The position numbers and the translations under genes are program-made. Of a stretch of 32,000 nucleotides of DNA, positions 21,045-30,392 are shown piece by piece; position 1 is the stretch's first letter; each line of letters starts with the position of its first letter. A model generated the notes under the pieces. That model was not told the origin of the DNA, made no database searches, and saw nothing but the letters and a program-made list of their open reading frames with translations. The stretch is from Nitrosospira multiformis ATCC 25196 (GTDB lineage: Bacteria > Pseudomonadota > Gammaproteobacteria > Burkholderiales > Nitrosomonadaceae), in NCBI RefSeq assembly GCF_000196355.1, contig NC_007614.1, positions 2,760,001 through 2,792,000 on the forward strand. The letters run 5' to 3'.

Positions 21045-22493
21045 CTATCTGCAGGATTCCCTCCAGGCATCCAGAGACAGGTTTTTCTTTAGAAAATCGA
21101 AATTCAATGTATTTGCTTGCGGGCAAAAGCTTGAATTCGCGAGATTGTATTCGATACCGAATACAGCTTTTCCGGCATCAACAAATGGTTTGAGTGTATC
21201 GCATTCGCTGTACTGGAAGCATTCTTCATTCACGGCAAAGTCGAAATAATTCACAAGATCCTTGATTTGGTCGAGATTATTTTTCAAACCTATAGCAAGC
21301 CCAAGTTCATGTGCCGCTTCAGCAAGGGCTACGTTATAAGTCAACTGATCGTTGTAGCTGAGGACAAATCCCGTATTGTTGCTGTAGCCGTCAACGTTGT
21401 CTGGATCGACGCCATCGCAGCCTTTCTGCGCGGCCTGTTCCATCCGCGCCCGCATGATGGGAATGAGAATATCCAATTTTCTTATGTCCAGCCATTTCTC
21501 ACCTGCCCAGCCGTCAAGATTCCGGCCGAGAACCACGATTGGAAATGAGGCAGCATCAGGACGCCAGTTTTCATGGCTCCCCGCACTAAAATAACAAATA
21601 ACTCGCTTGCCTGTTGATCTCAGTGCCGAGATAACCGCTGCACTTGTATCAAACAAATCGAGATTATAAACGTCGACACCGAGCGATGTATTAATCGTAC
21701 CAGTGTACTGAATTTGCCACTTTGATCCAGGGGCAGGTTGCCAGCGGTTTCCATCGTTTACAACGGTGGGCGGCTGGCTGCTAGCTGCATCATTGCTTGA
21801 CCCTAGGGTATCTGTAGATGGATCGGATACCGCACTTTTTACTTCCAACCCAATGAAATCAAGTTGGCTATTGTTTCCTCCATTCCTTGTCACGTAGCGT
21901 AACGTTATCTGATTCCGGCTGTTAATAAATTGGGATGGTTCTATTATCGTTGTGAGGATATCACTCCAGAATCCATCTTTTACATTGCCATTGTCTGCAA
22001 TATGGGCCCACTTGCCAGTTTTAACATTAAGTAATTGAAATTCCCACTTTTGAAGAGACTTTTCTCGCCCACGGTAATTTGCATGGAATATTAATTGCTG
22101 AATCGTTTTATCAGGTTTAGCTGGCAGATTGAACCGAAAAATTCCCACATATCCCAGTTGATCGGTAGCAAATTCTATATAGCTGTCCGAATTATCGTCC
22201 GAGCTCTGCTGATCTTTTACAGCGAGAACTTCCAGGGGCTGGGGCGTCGATGAACCTCTTTTATTTAATAAGCTAGATGGAAAAATGAACTCGGCGAAGC
22301 TCACATTCGCACTTAGAAGAGTAATGCCAACAAGCAGCTTAATTACGCTTTTTACTTGTCTGAGGGACTTGATCAAAGAAATATTCGCACTTAGAAGAGT
22401 AATGCCAACAAGCAGCTTAATTACGCTTTTTACTTGTCTGAGGGACTTGATCAAAGAAATATTAGAAATTGTATTTGTTGCGGTTTCCGACAT
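21045..22493 (-). CDS. Secreted GH114-type endo-alpha-1,4-polygalactosaminidase-like protein with an N-terminal beta-sandwich-like domain
   Basis: 482 aa; C-terminal RWQPAPGSKWQIQYTGTINTSLGVDVYNLDLFDTSAAVISALRSTGKRVICYFSAGSHENWRPDAASFPIVVLGRNLDGWAGEKWLDIRKLDILIPIMRARMEQAAQKGCDGVDPDNVDGYSNNTGFVLSYNDQLTYNVALAEAAHELGLAIGLKNN is diagnostic of GH114/TM1410-type proteins. Confidence 0.87.
   Translation of the reverse strand: MSETATNTISNISLIKSLRQVKSVIKLLVGITLLSANISLIKSLRQVKSVIKLLVGITLLSANVSFAEFIFPSSLLNKRGSSTPQPLEVLAVKDQQSSDDNSDSYIEFATDQLGYVGIFRFNLPAKPDKTIQQLIFHANYRGREKSLQKWEFQLLNVKTGKWAHIADNGNVKDGFWSDILTTIIEPSQFINSRNQITLRYVTRNGGNNSQLDFIGLEVKSAVSDPSTDTLGSSNDAASSQPPTVVNDGNRWQPAPGSKWQIQYTGTINTSLGVDVYNLDLFDTSAAVISALRSTGKRVICYFSAGSHENWRPDAASFPIVVLGRNLDGWAGEKWLDIRKLDILIPIMRARMEQAAQKGCDGVDPDNVDGYSNNTGFVLSYNDQLTYNVALAEAAHELGLAIGLKNNLDQIKDLVNYFDFAVNEECFQYSECDTLKPFVDAGKAVFGIEYNLANSSFCPQANTLNFDFLKKNLSLDAWRESCR
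22305..22460. repeat. Perfect 78-bp tandem duplication (22305..22382 and 22383..22460) in the GH114 signal-peptide region
   Basis: Both copies read attcgcacttagaagagtaatgccaacaagcagcttaattacgctttttacttgtctgagggacttgatcaaagaaat; encoded unit NISLIKSLRQVKSVIKLLVGITLLSA occurs twice. Confidence 0.98.
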
Positions 22494-23080
22494 TGTATTG
22501 TTTTCCTCAATTGGAATTTATGAAGCTATTGGAATTTATAAAGCCAAATAGAGTTAATAATTTGGTCCGGGAGTAACGGTAAGGTGACTCGGAGTTCGAA
22601 GCCGGAGCCATAAACGCCGCCTCCAGATCCGAGGTCCATTCCTGATGGAAATATCTCGTTGACAGCGCCTTGCAAACGCATGCGGTTCTTATACCGAGAG
22701 AAATCGTGCCGCTGTCTTTCACTACTGTGACTAGCTCGCGGTTCGCTGTCGTTGCACTATCCCCCTCCTTGGCGATTCTACGGATTTTACGTTATCCCTT
22801 CCGCACCGATGAGATTCGTTTTCGGGTGAGAACTACTCCGGAAGCTGAAGGAGGAAGTAAGCAATTAGCAACGAGATTCAGGCGCTCGATGGAAAAAGTG
22901 GGTGAACGCGTGTCATATAGCCCTTTAAGCCAATTAAGCCATCTTTTTTGCCGTTTTAGCCATTTAAAAAAATTTTTTTACCTTATCCCAATATCCCAGC
23001 GATTTTGTATACCCCGGTCTATGCTGGACTAGGGAATCCCCCATTTTTTTGTCTTCGTTTACGAAAAGGAGATTTCATTC

Positions 23081-25216
23081 ATGAAAGAGAACTTGAGTCT
23101 GAAACGCTCGTTACTTGTCTCGGTGATAATGGGGCTGGCTTTAATTGGGGCATCGCCGGCATTTGCCGATAATGCTGTCAAATTGAGGATATTGCTCATT
23201 ACGACAGGCGATATAACGACAGACCCTGTATTTGCTTATATCAAGCCCGTCCTTGACGAAATGGGCGTGCAATACGATGTATTCAATGCCAACACGCAGG
23301 ATTTAACGGCAGCAATGCTCGCCTCTTCTTCAACCGGAGCCGTCTGCAAAGCTCAGGATGCCGGGTGCATAGGTAGTTACAATGGCATTATCTTGACCGA
23401 CTCTGACTTGGTCCCAGCCTTCACGCCTTCCGAATGGGATATCCTTCATGACTACCAGAAAAACTTCGGGGTCCGCGAGGCAGTGCTATCGGGGTGGCCG
23501 GCTACTTATTCGGACCCGGGACCTCCTTCTGGCATCTACCTGGATTACGGGCTTGTCTATTCATCCAGTGGAAACAACTACGAGGGTACGTGGAGCGTGC
23601 CCACCACAGCCAGCAAGGAAATTTTTGAGTATGTGAACCAGGCTAATCCACTTCCAATTACGGACTTTGCCTTCGCCGCCAATCCTCGAAATGATGGTAC
23701 CGCTATGCGGGATGGGACCGTAGCCACTGTTGAGCCCCTCCTCAAAACCCAGAATGGCGAAGCGCTGGTATCGGTCGTGCGGTACATGATGCCGAACCAG
23801 GCTACACCCGCACGCGAAGTCATGATCTCGACCATTACGAATGCTTCATTTCTCATCCACTCAAAAGTTCTGGCCTATGAGTTCGTCAACTGGGCGACGC
23901 AAGGGGTCTTCGTTGGGAAGCGCTATGTCCATATGGCAGCCCACGTGGACGATTTGTTTCTGAGCAACAGCCTGTGGGATTCCGAACTCAAGAATGATCA
24001 TCCTACCAATACCTATAGGTTAAACAGCGGCGATATTGCCAATGCAGTGAGCCAGCAGAACGCCTTTCGTGCCGCTCATCCGACAGCCGGGGCCTTCAAG
24101 CTGGATTTTGCCTTCAACGGTTCCGGGGCAGTGGTAGATCCGGAAGCAATGACATTGGCTCCAAATCTGACGGAAGACCTGGTAGCGGCAGTGGTGGCTA
24201 ATAAAGCACAATTCCGCTTCATCAACCACACCTTTACACATGCCGACATGGATAAGGCGCCGGTTCCGGCTAATGCTCCCTGTGATTATGAAACCTTTAC
24301 TACCATCGCGGCAATCAAGGCGGAAATTACCAAGAACCGGAAGGTCTGGGATCTTCTGACGCTTCCCGAGAGGAGCCAGAACAATCGGGTGCTCGTGAGC
24401 GGCAATCACTCCGGCTTGAAAGACCGCAAATGCACTGCGGATCCTGCCTTGCATCCGGAGATGTTCGACGTTCAATCGGATGACGTGGCATTTGACGAGG
24501 GTGGCGCCAATCCACTATTCCTCCAAGCCGTCGCTGACCTGGGCGTGGACTATCTTGCCTCGGACTCATCGCAAAAGGGCCAGAACCTCGAGCAATATAT
24601 CACTCAGTACGACGATGGCAGCAATACGGACCGGGTCATGCTGCCGCGCTGGCCCACCAGCGTTTTCTATAATGTAACGAACCCAGCTCTGCTGGTGGAT
24701 GAGTACAACTATATATTTCATGATAGGTTTGTAAAGGCCGGGCAGAATCCATGCGAAATACCGGGAGCCATCTGCACTCCCCGTAATTACGCGGAAATTC
24801 TACTGGCAGAGGCAGATACTGCATCACGCCACATGCTGATGTTCAACAAATGGCCTCATTTTTTCCATCAGACGAACGTGGCCAAATACGATGCAAGCGG
24901 CAGTACGCTCCAGTTTGACTGGTTGAGCGCCGTTTTCGCCCAGTACGAGCGGCTTTTCAAGCTACCGGTCAGAAATTATCCCTTTTATCTTATTGGGGAC
25001 AATACTGAAGAAGGTCTCAAAGCCAAAGCTGCGGCGATTCAAGCAGTGTGGAATCGCGCGACCAATCAGGTCACCCTGTCAGCAAACGTAGCCGTACCCC
25101 TTCTTTTTGTCACGGGTATCTCCGGCGGGGAACTATACGGCGGTCAGTTTATCCGTCGCATTAACATAACCACAACGCCCGCATCGTATGGGGTCAATCG
25201 GGGACTTACTCAATGA
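23081..25216 (+). CDS. Secreted Agd3-like (CE18-type) polysaccharide deacetylase
   Basis: 711 aa with signal peptide (KRSLLVSVIMGLALIGASPAFADN) and aaaaggaga RBS. NodB-fold-like motifs: MT1-like HMAAHVDDLFLSNSLW, MT2-like INHTFTHADMD. Overall layout (N-terminal LRILLITTGDITTDPVFAYIKPVLDEMGVQYDVFNA domain followed by deacetylase) resembles fungal Agd3. Confidence 0.75.
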   Translation: MKENLSLKRSLLVSVIMGLALIGASPAFADNAVKLRILLITTGDITTDPVFAYIKPVLDEMGVQYDVFNANTQDLTAAMLASSSTGAVCKAQDAGCIGSYNGIILTDSDLVPAFTPSEWDILHDYQKNFGVREAVLSGWPATYSDPGPPSGIYLDYGLVYSSSGNNYEGTWSVPTTASKEIFEYVNQANPLPITDFAFAANPRNDGTAMRDGTVATVEPLLKTQNGEALVSVVRYMMPNQATPAREVMISTITNASFLIHSKVLAYEFVNWATQGVFVGKRYVHMAAHVDDLFLSNSLWDSELKNDHPTNTYRLNSGDIANAVSQQNAFRAAHPTAGAFKLDFAFNGSGAVVDPEAMTLAPNLTEDLVAAVVANKAQFRFINHTFTHADMDKAPVPANAPCDYETFTTIAAIKAEITKNRKVWDLLTLPERSQNNRVLVSGNHSGLKDRKCTADPALHPEMFDVQSDDVAFDEGGANPLFLQAVADLGVDYLASDSSQKGQNLEQYITQYDDGSNTDRVMLPRWPTSVFYNVTNPALLVDEYNYIFHDRFVKAGQNPCEIPGAICTPRNYAEILLAEADTASRHMLMFNKWPHFFHQTNVAKYDASGSTLQFDWLSAVFAQYERLFKLPVRNYPFYLIGDNTEEGLKAKAAAIQAVWNRATNQVTLSANVAVPLLFVTGISGGELYGGQFIRRINITTTPASYGVNRGLTQ

Positions 25217-25273
25217 GTATCCACTACTCCGAGAAATTTTTTCGGTAAAGATTAAATTAAGAGGATTTTCAAA

Positions 25274-25693
25274 ATGGTGAACTATATACATTCGGTTAGA
25301 ACTGTCCTTACCTTGCTGATTTTTGCCATTATCGTTTCGATTGGCTTGGGAACTACAGGGTCAGCACATGCAGTTCCAGACGAGGCTATAGGGAAAATTG
25401 GAAAGGCACTTAACCAGATCAATAAAGCGACTAGAATTGAGATACTGAAGAGGAATGACTATAAGTTAAAGGCGCGAGAACCGCATTACTCCGAGCAGGC
25501 CGCATCCCTGGCACAGCAATACAGAGAGACCGCCGAGTTAGTTGCACGTCAAGGCGGCGACACCCAGGCGCTTCTTGCCGCAGCTGCTTATTTCGAGGGC
25601 GAATCACAACTTATTTCGAGGGTTGGGCCGCTGGATCGCTTTCTGCCAAATGATAGTGCTTCTGTGAAGCACAATCACAGCTCCGCTAAATGA
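25274..25693 (+). CDS. Uncharacterised 139-aa secreted/periplasmic protein
   Basis: Signal peptide-like TVLTLLIFAIIVSIGLGTTGSAHA; 57 bp downstream of the CE18-like gene, same strand, followed by a terminator-like hairpin. Confidence 0.7.
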   Translation: MVNYIHSVRTVLTLLIFAIIVSIGLGTTGSAHAVPDEAIGKIGKALNQINKATRIEILKRNDYKLKAREPHYSEQAASLAQQYRETAELVARQGGDTQALLAAAAYFEGESQLISRVGPLDRFLPNDSASVKHNHSSAK

Positions 25694-25705
25694 GAACGTG
25701 GAGTG

Positions 25706-25728
25706 CCCCCGGTGAAGCGGGGGTTTTT
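25706..25728 (+). terminator. Rho-independent terminator-like hairpin
   Basis: cccccg-gtgaag-cggggg followed by ttttt, 13 nt after the 139-aa ORF. Confidence 0.8.
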
Positions 25729-25747
25729 ATTAACCTATGGGAGATCA

Positions 25748-25856
25748 ATCTTCTGGCGCTTCCCGAGAGGAGCCAGAACAATCGGGTGCTCGTGAGCGGC
25801 AATCACTCCGGGCAGTACGCTCCAGTTTGACTGGTTGAGCGTCGTTTTCGCCCAGT
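25748..25856. pseudogene. Composite fossil fragment of the CE18-like gene
   Basis: 25748..25811 matches 24351..24414 (64 bp, 1 mismatch) and 25811..25856 matches 24899..24944 (46 bp, 1 mismatch), joined at a shared GG. Confidence 0.9.
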
Positions 25857-25869
25857 TTCGGAGGTTCCG

Positions 25870-25898
25870 AATTGTCCCCGCCAAAAGCGGGGGCAATT
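25870..25898. terminator. Strong hairpin between the fossil fragment and pelB 3' end, probable (bidirectional) terminator
   Basis: aattg-t-ccccgc / caaaa / gcgggg-g-caatt: 12-bp stem with one T-G position. Confidence 0.6.
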
Positions 25899-25926
25899 AT
25901 TCATCTATCCCAGCTTCCCCGGGGAT

Positions 25927-28900
25927 TCAGAAGCGAATGGAGTATTGGAGGCCGGCCCCCGCATAAGCCTGATTAGTCCTGCCGCCTTGGACATTGCTAT
26001 AAAAAACGCTGGCGCTAAGAATATCCGATCCCATTAACGATATCCCCATCAATACACGCGCGTTATACCCTAGATCATTAGCAGGCCACACCCATCCTGT
26101 CCACGCATCCCCAAGAACGAAGGGGCGTCGCAGCACTCCCTGATCAAACGGCCCATAGCGAAAACTCGTCCCCATGCCCATGAGAGCAAATCTCCGTGGG
26201 ATCAGCGTCTCCACACCCGGCAAGGAAGGGCTCAATACCCCAGTTAAGTCAGAAGGAGTCGTCTGTGTAAGGTCGTTTCTTTCCAATGATCCCTGAAGTC
26301 TGATTTGCCAATCCTGAATGCCTCTAAGCAAAGAGTGGCCCAGAATCGTTTGCACCTTATAGCCTTTACCCAGGTTATTTCCTTCCCTGGTGGAATAGCG
26401 ATGACCATCGATATCTACATGGAGGAATGTTTGCGGTGTTAATTGAGTAGTCACCCCCAGTAAAAGCATATCTTTTTTCCCTAGCGCTCGTAACGCCCCT
26501 GTTTCGTGGCTTAGTTCATTCACTCCTATACGCAAGCTGGTTTTTAATCTGCTTGTTACATCCTGGTTAACCCTGACTGCCCCGTAAGCAATGGAATCCA
26601 CTTCTCTCAAGTTGCCACCGACATTCACCTGGTATGCCCCTTGCCCCAGAGGATGCTTAAATTCCGCCATTATGTCTACTTCATTATGTGCAGGCAGAAC
26701 AATCTCCGGATTTGAAGAATCCAGATAGGTGTGCCTTACTTCCGCTGCCAGCACCCCACCTGAACCAGGCATATTAAAACGCGCTCGGCTTTCGATAAAA
26801 TTTATACGTCCAAGCGTCTTGAAGTCAACGCCTCCTGTTACTTGCTTGCTTGATTTTACTATCAGATCATCCCTGACACTGAAGAGGTAAGATTGCAGTG
26901 CAGGGTCTCCTTTATGTGAATCAAGAAGTTTATAGGTAAATGACAACGCCTCCTCGTTTCTCTCCAGACGCCTGAGCGTCTCCATTCTGTTGAAGTTCGA
27001 AAGCCTGTCATTTTCGCTTTCAAGAATATGCTCGGCAGCAGCGAGATCATTTTCCCCCAGAGCTAAAGCAAGGCGCTGCCACGCTGGTGTTTCCTGTCTT
27101 GCAACATGCTCTTGCAATAACCAGTAACGAGCAGCCGGATAATTCTCCTGAGATAGGTATGCAGCGACCAGCAATTCTTGAACTCCAGCATTGTCGTATC
27201 CTTTGGCCAGAAATTTTTTTAATATAGATACATCAGCATTCACGCCTTCCATGTCGCGCATCAAAGCCAGATATTCCGGACGTAACCACTCCTTAATCTT
27301 CCTGGCTGAAACCGCATTACCAATTTCCTTGAGACGTGATCTTAAGTTAAACAGGACGTATTTACGCAGACGCCACGCTCCATCCCTATACCCAGCCCTG
27401 TTCATGACATCAGCATAGCTGAGCAGCCAGAGATAATCATCAGGATTGATCCGCGCCTTGCGCTCAAACCAGGGCAGAGCTTCCTGGTTCTGGCCAACCT
27501 TGACCAATGCGGTTCCATAAACGCCCCATAAAGACCGGTTTTTTGAGGCATCGGCTTGCCAGGTTTTAATATAGGACCGGAGTAACCGCTTATCACCTCG
27601 GCCAATGAGATTCCATAAAATTCCTTCCTTTGCGGTAGTCGATGCCGGACTGACTTTTAAAGCTTGCTGATACTGCTTTAAAGCTATTTCAGGTTTGCTC
27701 TCCCGGGTATTCAACTCCGCGCGCAGGAGCCAGTACATCTCTGAGTCCAGAAACTGCGACTCCTTACTCATTGCCACTTTAAAAAGCCGCCTTAGTTCAT
27801 CTGACAAACCTGCCTGATTAGCAACATCCATAGCAAGCAGCAACCAACGAGGCTGTTTGAGACGATCATAAGCTTCTTCACCGATCGCGATGGATTCTTC
27901 TGCCCTGCCCATATCTCGCATCAACTGAATCAACCGTTCCGCAACAAGCGCATTGGCATTTTCTGATTTCCACAGAATGCCATAAGCCGTCACCCCATGC
28001 TCCAATCGTTTCAGGTCCCACGAAAGCTCCCCTAAAATCTCCCAGAAATACGTCTCATTTGAGGTCACATTATTTTTATTTGATAACAGTATAGAAAGAG
28101 CCTTCTCGGGTTTGCCGTTTTTCCGCGTTAATCTGGCTTGATGAGCCACCGCCTCTGGCATGCGATTGAAACGTGCCCCGATAAGTTGCCACGTCGTCAC
28201 GGCATCAGTTAATTGTTCTGCACTTTCCTGTGTTTTAGCCAACGCTTCCCATCCCTGTGAATCCTCAGGATACCGCTTTAAATAGGATTTCAGAAAATTG
28301 ACGTGATCAGCTAAGCTTCCCGCCTCCTTGTAGGCAGATAACAAGGTGTTCATTTCCTCGCTTGTTAATTTCCGTGTGTTTGATAACTGTGTCAGCAGTT
28401 CCAAAGCAGCATCGTAAGCTTTTAGCCCTACCGAAAGCCGAACCGCATTCATGATGGCCGCATCATCTTTCCTATTTCTTGCCAGCCATAACCATTCCTT
28501 CAATGCGATCTCTGGCATCAAAGCCCATTCTGCAATACGTCCCACCCTTTCATGAGCGCTTTCATCGGCTGGAACAATCTCAACCACCCGCTGAGCTAAA
28601 ACCAAAGCCGGCCGGATTTCCCCAACCGCAAGAGCACGATCGAGCTGCTTTTTAATTTGCACAGGATCGTTAGCCTCCAGCGCTAGCCGCAGTATGCCCA
28701 TTTCATATGCACGCCTCGGCTCGTTGTCAGCCAGATTAATACTGATAACCTCATCTACCAGTTCAGGATCTTGTGGAAATTTCTGCTGATAGTTACGGAA
28801 ATATTCGAGAGCGAGCTTACTATCGCCCGTCTCCCGCAATGCTTGAAGGGTTAGAATTGCAAACTGCCGGGCCTGGGATGCGTCCTTCGACATCTCATGG

Positions 28901-29499
28901 CATTTGTTATATATTTCCGCCGCCTTGCGGGGCATTTCTGATGCGATATACCACCTCGCCGATTCTTTTAATTTCTCCAGGCGTTCAGAAGAATCACGGA
29001 CCACGGCTGACCAGCGATAATACAGGCCTGCAACGACAGCAGGTTGCTCAAGTTCCAGGCTAAGTTTAATAACTTTAGGCAACAAAGTAACTGGAAGCCG
29101 CTCCTTACTGATCTCAACAATACTGTTCCGCAGGCTGGCTAATTTTGCTTTCCGACCTGGATCGTTTTCCGCTGTGGATAAATAATCCTTGAAGCCAATT
29201 TCCAATACCAATAGCCTGACACCTAACTCTGCCGGTTCTTTTAGCAACGGCTCCAACACAATACGAGCTTCATCCAGTTGGCCGAGGTTCATATAGTGCC
29301 GTGCGAGCTCGATGCGCAAGCTTCTATCATCAGGGTTTATATTTAACAGAAGCCTTAAATACTGTACTGAAAGATAGTCCGGCTTCTGTGTTAATAATTC
29401 TTTTAACTGATCCTCTTTATAAAACAAAAGAGCAAAAATAACGGTCAGCCCCAAAATGAACAGCGATATTGTTTTTTTCAAACTACCAAACAAATTCAT
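25927..29499 (-). CDS. pelB: PelB-like outer-membrane TPR/beta-barrel exopolysaccharide export protein
   Basis: 1190 aa; N-terminal transmembrane segment, many TPR-like repeats (ALEYFRNYQQKFPQDPELVDEVISINLADNEPRRAYEMG..., EALPWFERKARINPDDYLWLLSYADVMNRAGY), C-terminal beta-barrel ending ...QGGRTNQAYAGAGLQYSIRF. Confidence 0.93.
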   Translation of the reverse strand: MNLFGSLKKTISLFILGLTVIFALLFYKEDQLKELLTQKPDYLSVQYLRLLLNINPDDRSLRIELARHYMNLGQLDEARIVLEPLLKEPAELGVRLLVLEIGFKDYLSTAENDPGRKAKLASLRNSIVEISKERLPVTLLPKVIKLSLELEQPAVVAGLYYRWSAVVRDSSERLEKLKESARWYIASEMPRKAAEIYNKCHEMSKDASQARQFAILTLQALRETGDSKLALEYFRNYQQKFPQDPELVDEVISINLADNEPRRAYEMGILRLALEANDPVQIKKQLDRALAVGEIRPALVLAQRVVEIVPADESAHERVGRIAEWALMPEIALKEWLWLARNRKDDAAIMNAVRLSVGLKAYDAALELLTQLSNTRKLTSEEMNTLLSAYKEAGSLADHVNFLKSYLKRYPEDSQGWEALAKTQESAEQLTDAVTTWQLIGARFNRMPEAVAHQARLTRKNGKPEKALSILLSNKNNVTSNETYFWEILGELSWDLKRLEHGVTAYGILWKSENANALVAERLIQLMRDMGRAEESIAIGEEAYDRLKQPRWLLLAMDVANQAGLSDELRRLFKVAMSKESQFLDSEMYWLLRAELNTRESKPEIALKQYQQALKVSPASTTAKEGILWNLIGRGDKRLLRSYIKTWQADASKNRSLWGVYGTALVKVGQNQEALPWFERKARINPDDYLWLLSYADVMNRAGYRDGAWRLRKYVLFNLRSRLKEIGNAVSARKIKEWLRPEYLALMRDMEGVNADVSILKKFLAKGYDNAGVQELLVAAYLSQENYPAARYWLLQEHVARQETPAWQRLALALGENDLAAAEHILESENDRLSNFNRMETLRRLERNEEALSFTYKLLDSHKGDPALQSYLFSVRDDLIVKSSKQVTGGVDFKTLGRINFIESRARFNMPGSGGVLAAEVRHTYLDSSNPEIVLPAHNEVDIMAEFKHPLGQGAYQVNVGGNLREVDSIAYGAVRVNQDVTSRLKTSLRIGVNELSHETGALRALGKKDMLLLGVTTQLTPQTFLHVDIDGHRYSTREGNNLGKGYKVQTILGHSLLRGIQDWQIRLQGSLERNDLTQTTPSDLTGVLSPSLPGVETLIPRRFALMGMGTSFRYGPFDQGVLRRPFVLGDAWTGWVWPANDLGYNARVLMGISLMGSDILSASVFYSNVQGGRTNQAYAGAGLQYSIRF

Positions 29500-29957
29500 G
29501 ATCGGGTTCCTTAGACAGAACGTCTCCTGCTACATGAAAAGTGTTTTAACTTGCCATATTATTGTTATTGGCTGCTCAAGAACCGCTGCCGTCACTTGGG
29601 CGAGCCGGAGTTGGAAATCCAGCGCTAAGTGGACAGTCACGGTTCTATTGTTGCTCAATGCAATGACTTTGCCAGATTAACTTTCTCACTGCCCATCCCA
29701 TCCGATTCGTTCGATTGAAACAAGGTTGATATGCGCACCCCATCGCGTCGGTGCGATAGATCACACAATGGCATTTTTACAGTCGGAGTAAAAAAAAGAA
29801 AACTGCGGAATATTCATGGGTACGGCTCAAAAAAGATTACCCGCCCGAAGTGCTCATACTTCCAAGCACAAGCGCGCAGAGGACTTTTCGAGGTTGCTCA
29901 CAGGGATTGCCAATGATGGGAAGAGGCTACGTTCATGATCTGATAACTGGAGGTGCG

Positions 29958-30194
29958 ATGTCCCCCGATATGGATTCAGAGTTAATCACAATCACTTGTT
30001 CTTACTGCTCCGTCAAATACGAAGAGACAATCTTGCGGCTGAAGTACGAACCGAGACTTTCCTGTCCGGATTGCGGCAAATATATCGTCATCAATCTTCT
30101 TGACCTCTACACCATGCTTGAGTCGGTGCAAAAATCGTGTAAGGCGCTCCTCAAAAAATTGACCCCCACGTCAAACGGCAAAAGTCCGCATTAA
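29958..30194 (+). CDS. Small zinc-ribbon-like protein (78 aa from ATG 29958)
   Basis: RBS ggagg upstream of atg; CSYCSVKYEETILRLKYEPRLSCPDCGKYI has two CxxC pairs. Frame is within track ORF 29850..30194; the internal start is better supported. Confidence 0.6.
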   Translation: MSPDMDSELITITCSYCSVKYEETILRLKYEPRLSCPDCGKYIVINLLDLYTMLESVQKSCKALLKKLTPTSNGKSPH

Positions 30195-30392
30195 TCTGCA
30201 AAGCGAGGCTTCTGCCCGATTTTTGAAGCAAGCTTGACTGTAAAGCAAATACTGCTATGAATAAATCTGGAAATCCGAATGCCCTCCTGTCACTGGAGTA
30301 ATGACGGCCCAGAAACGCTTCATGCCCGCTCATGACTTTCATATTCGAAGGCATGCGGGCTTTGTGCGAATTCCAAAAATAAGGAGGTGGTC

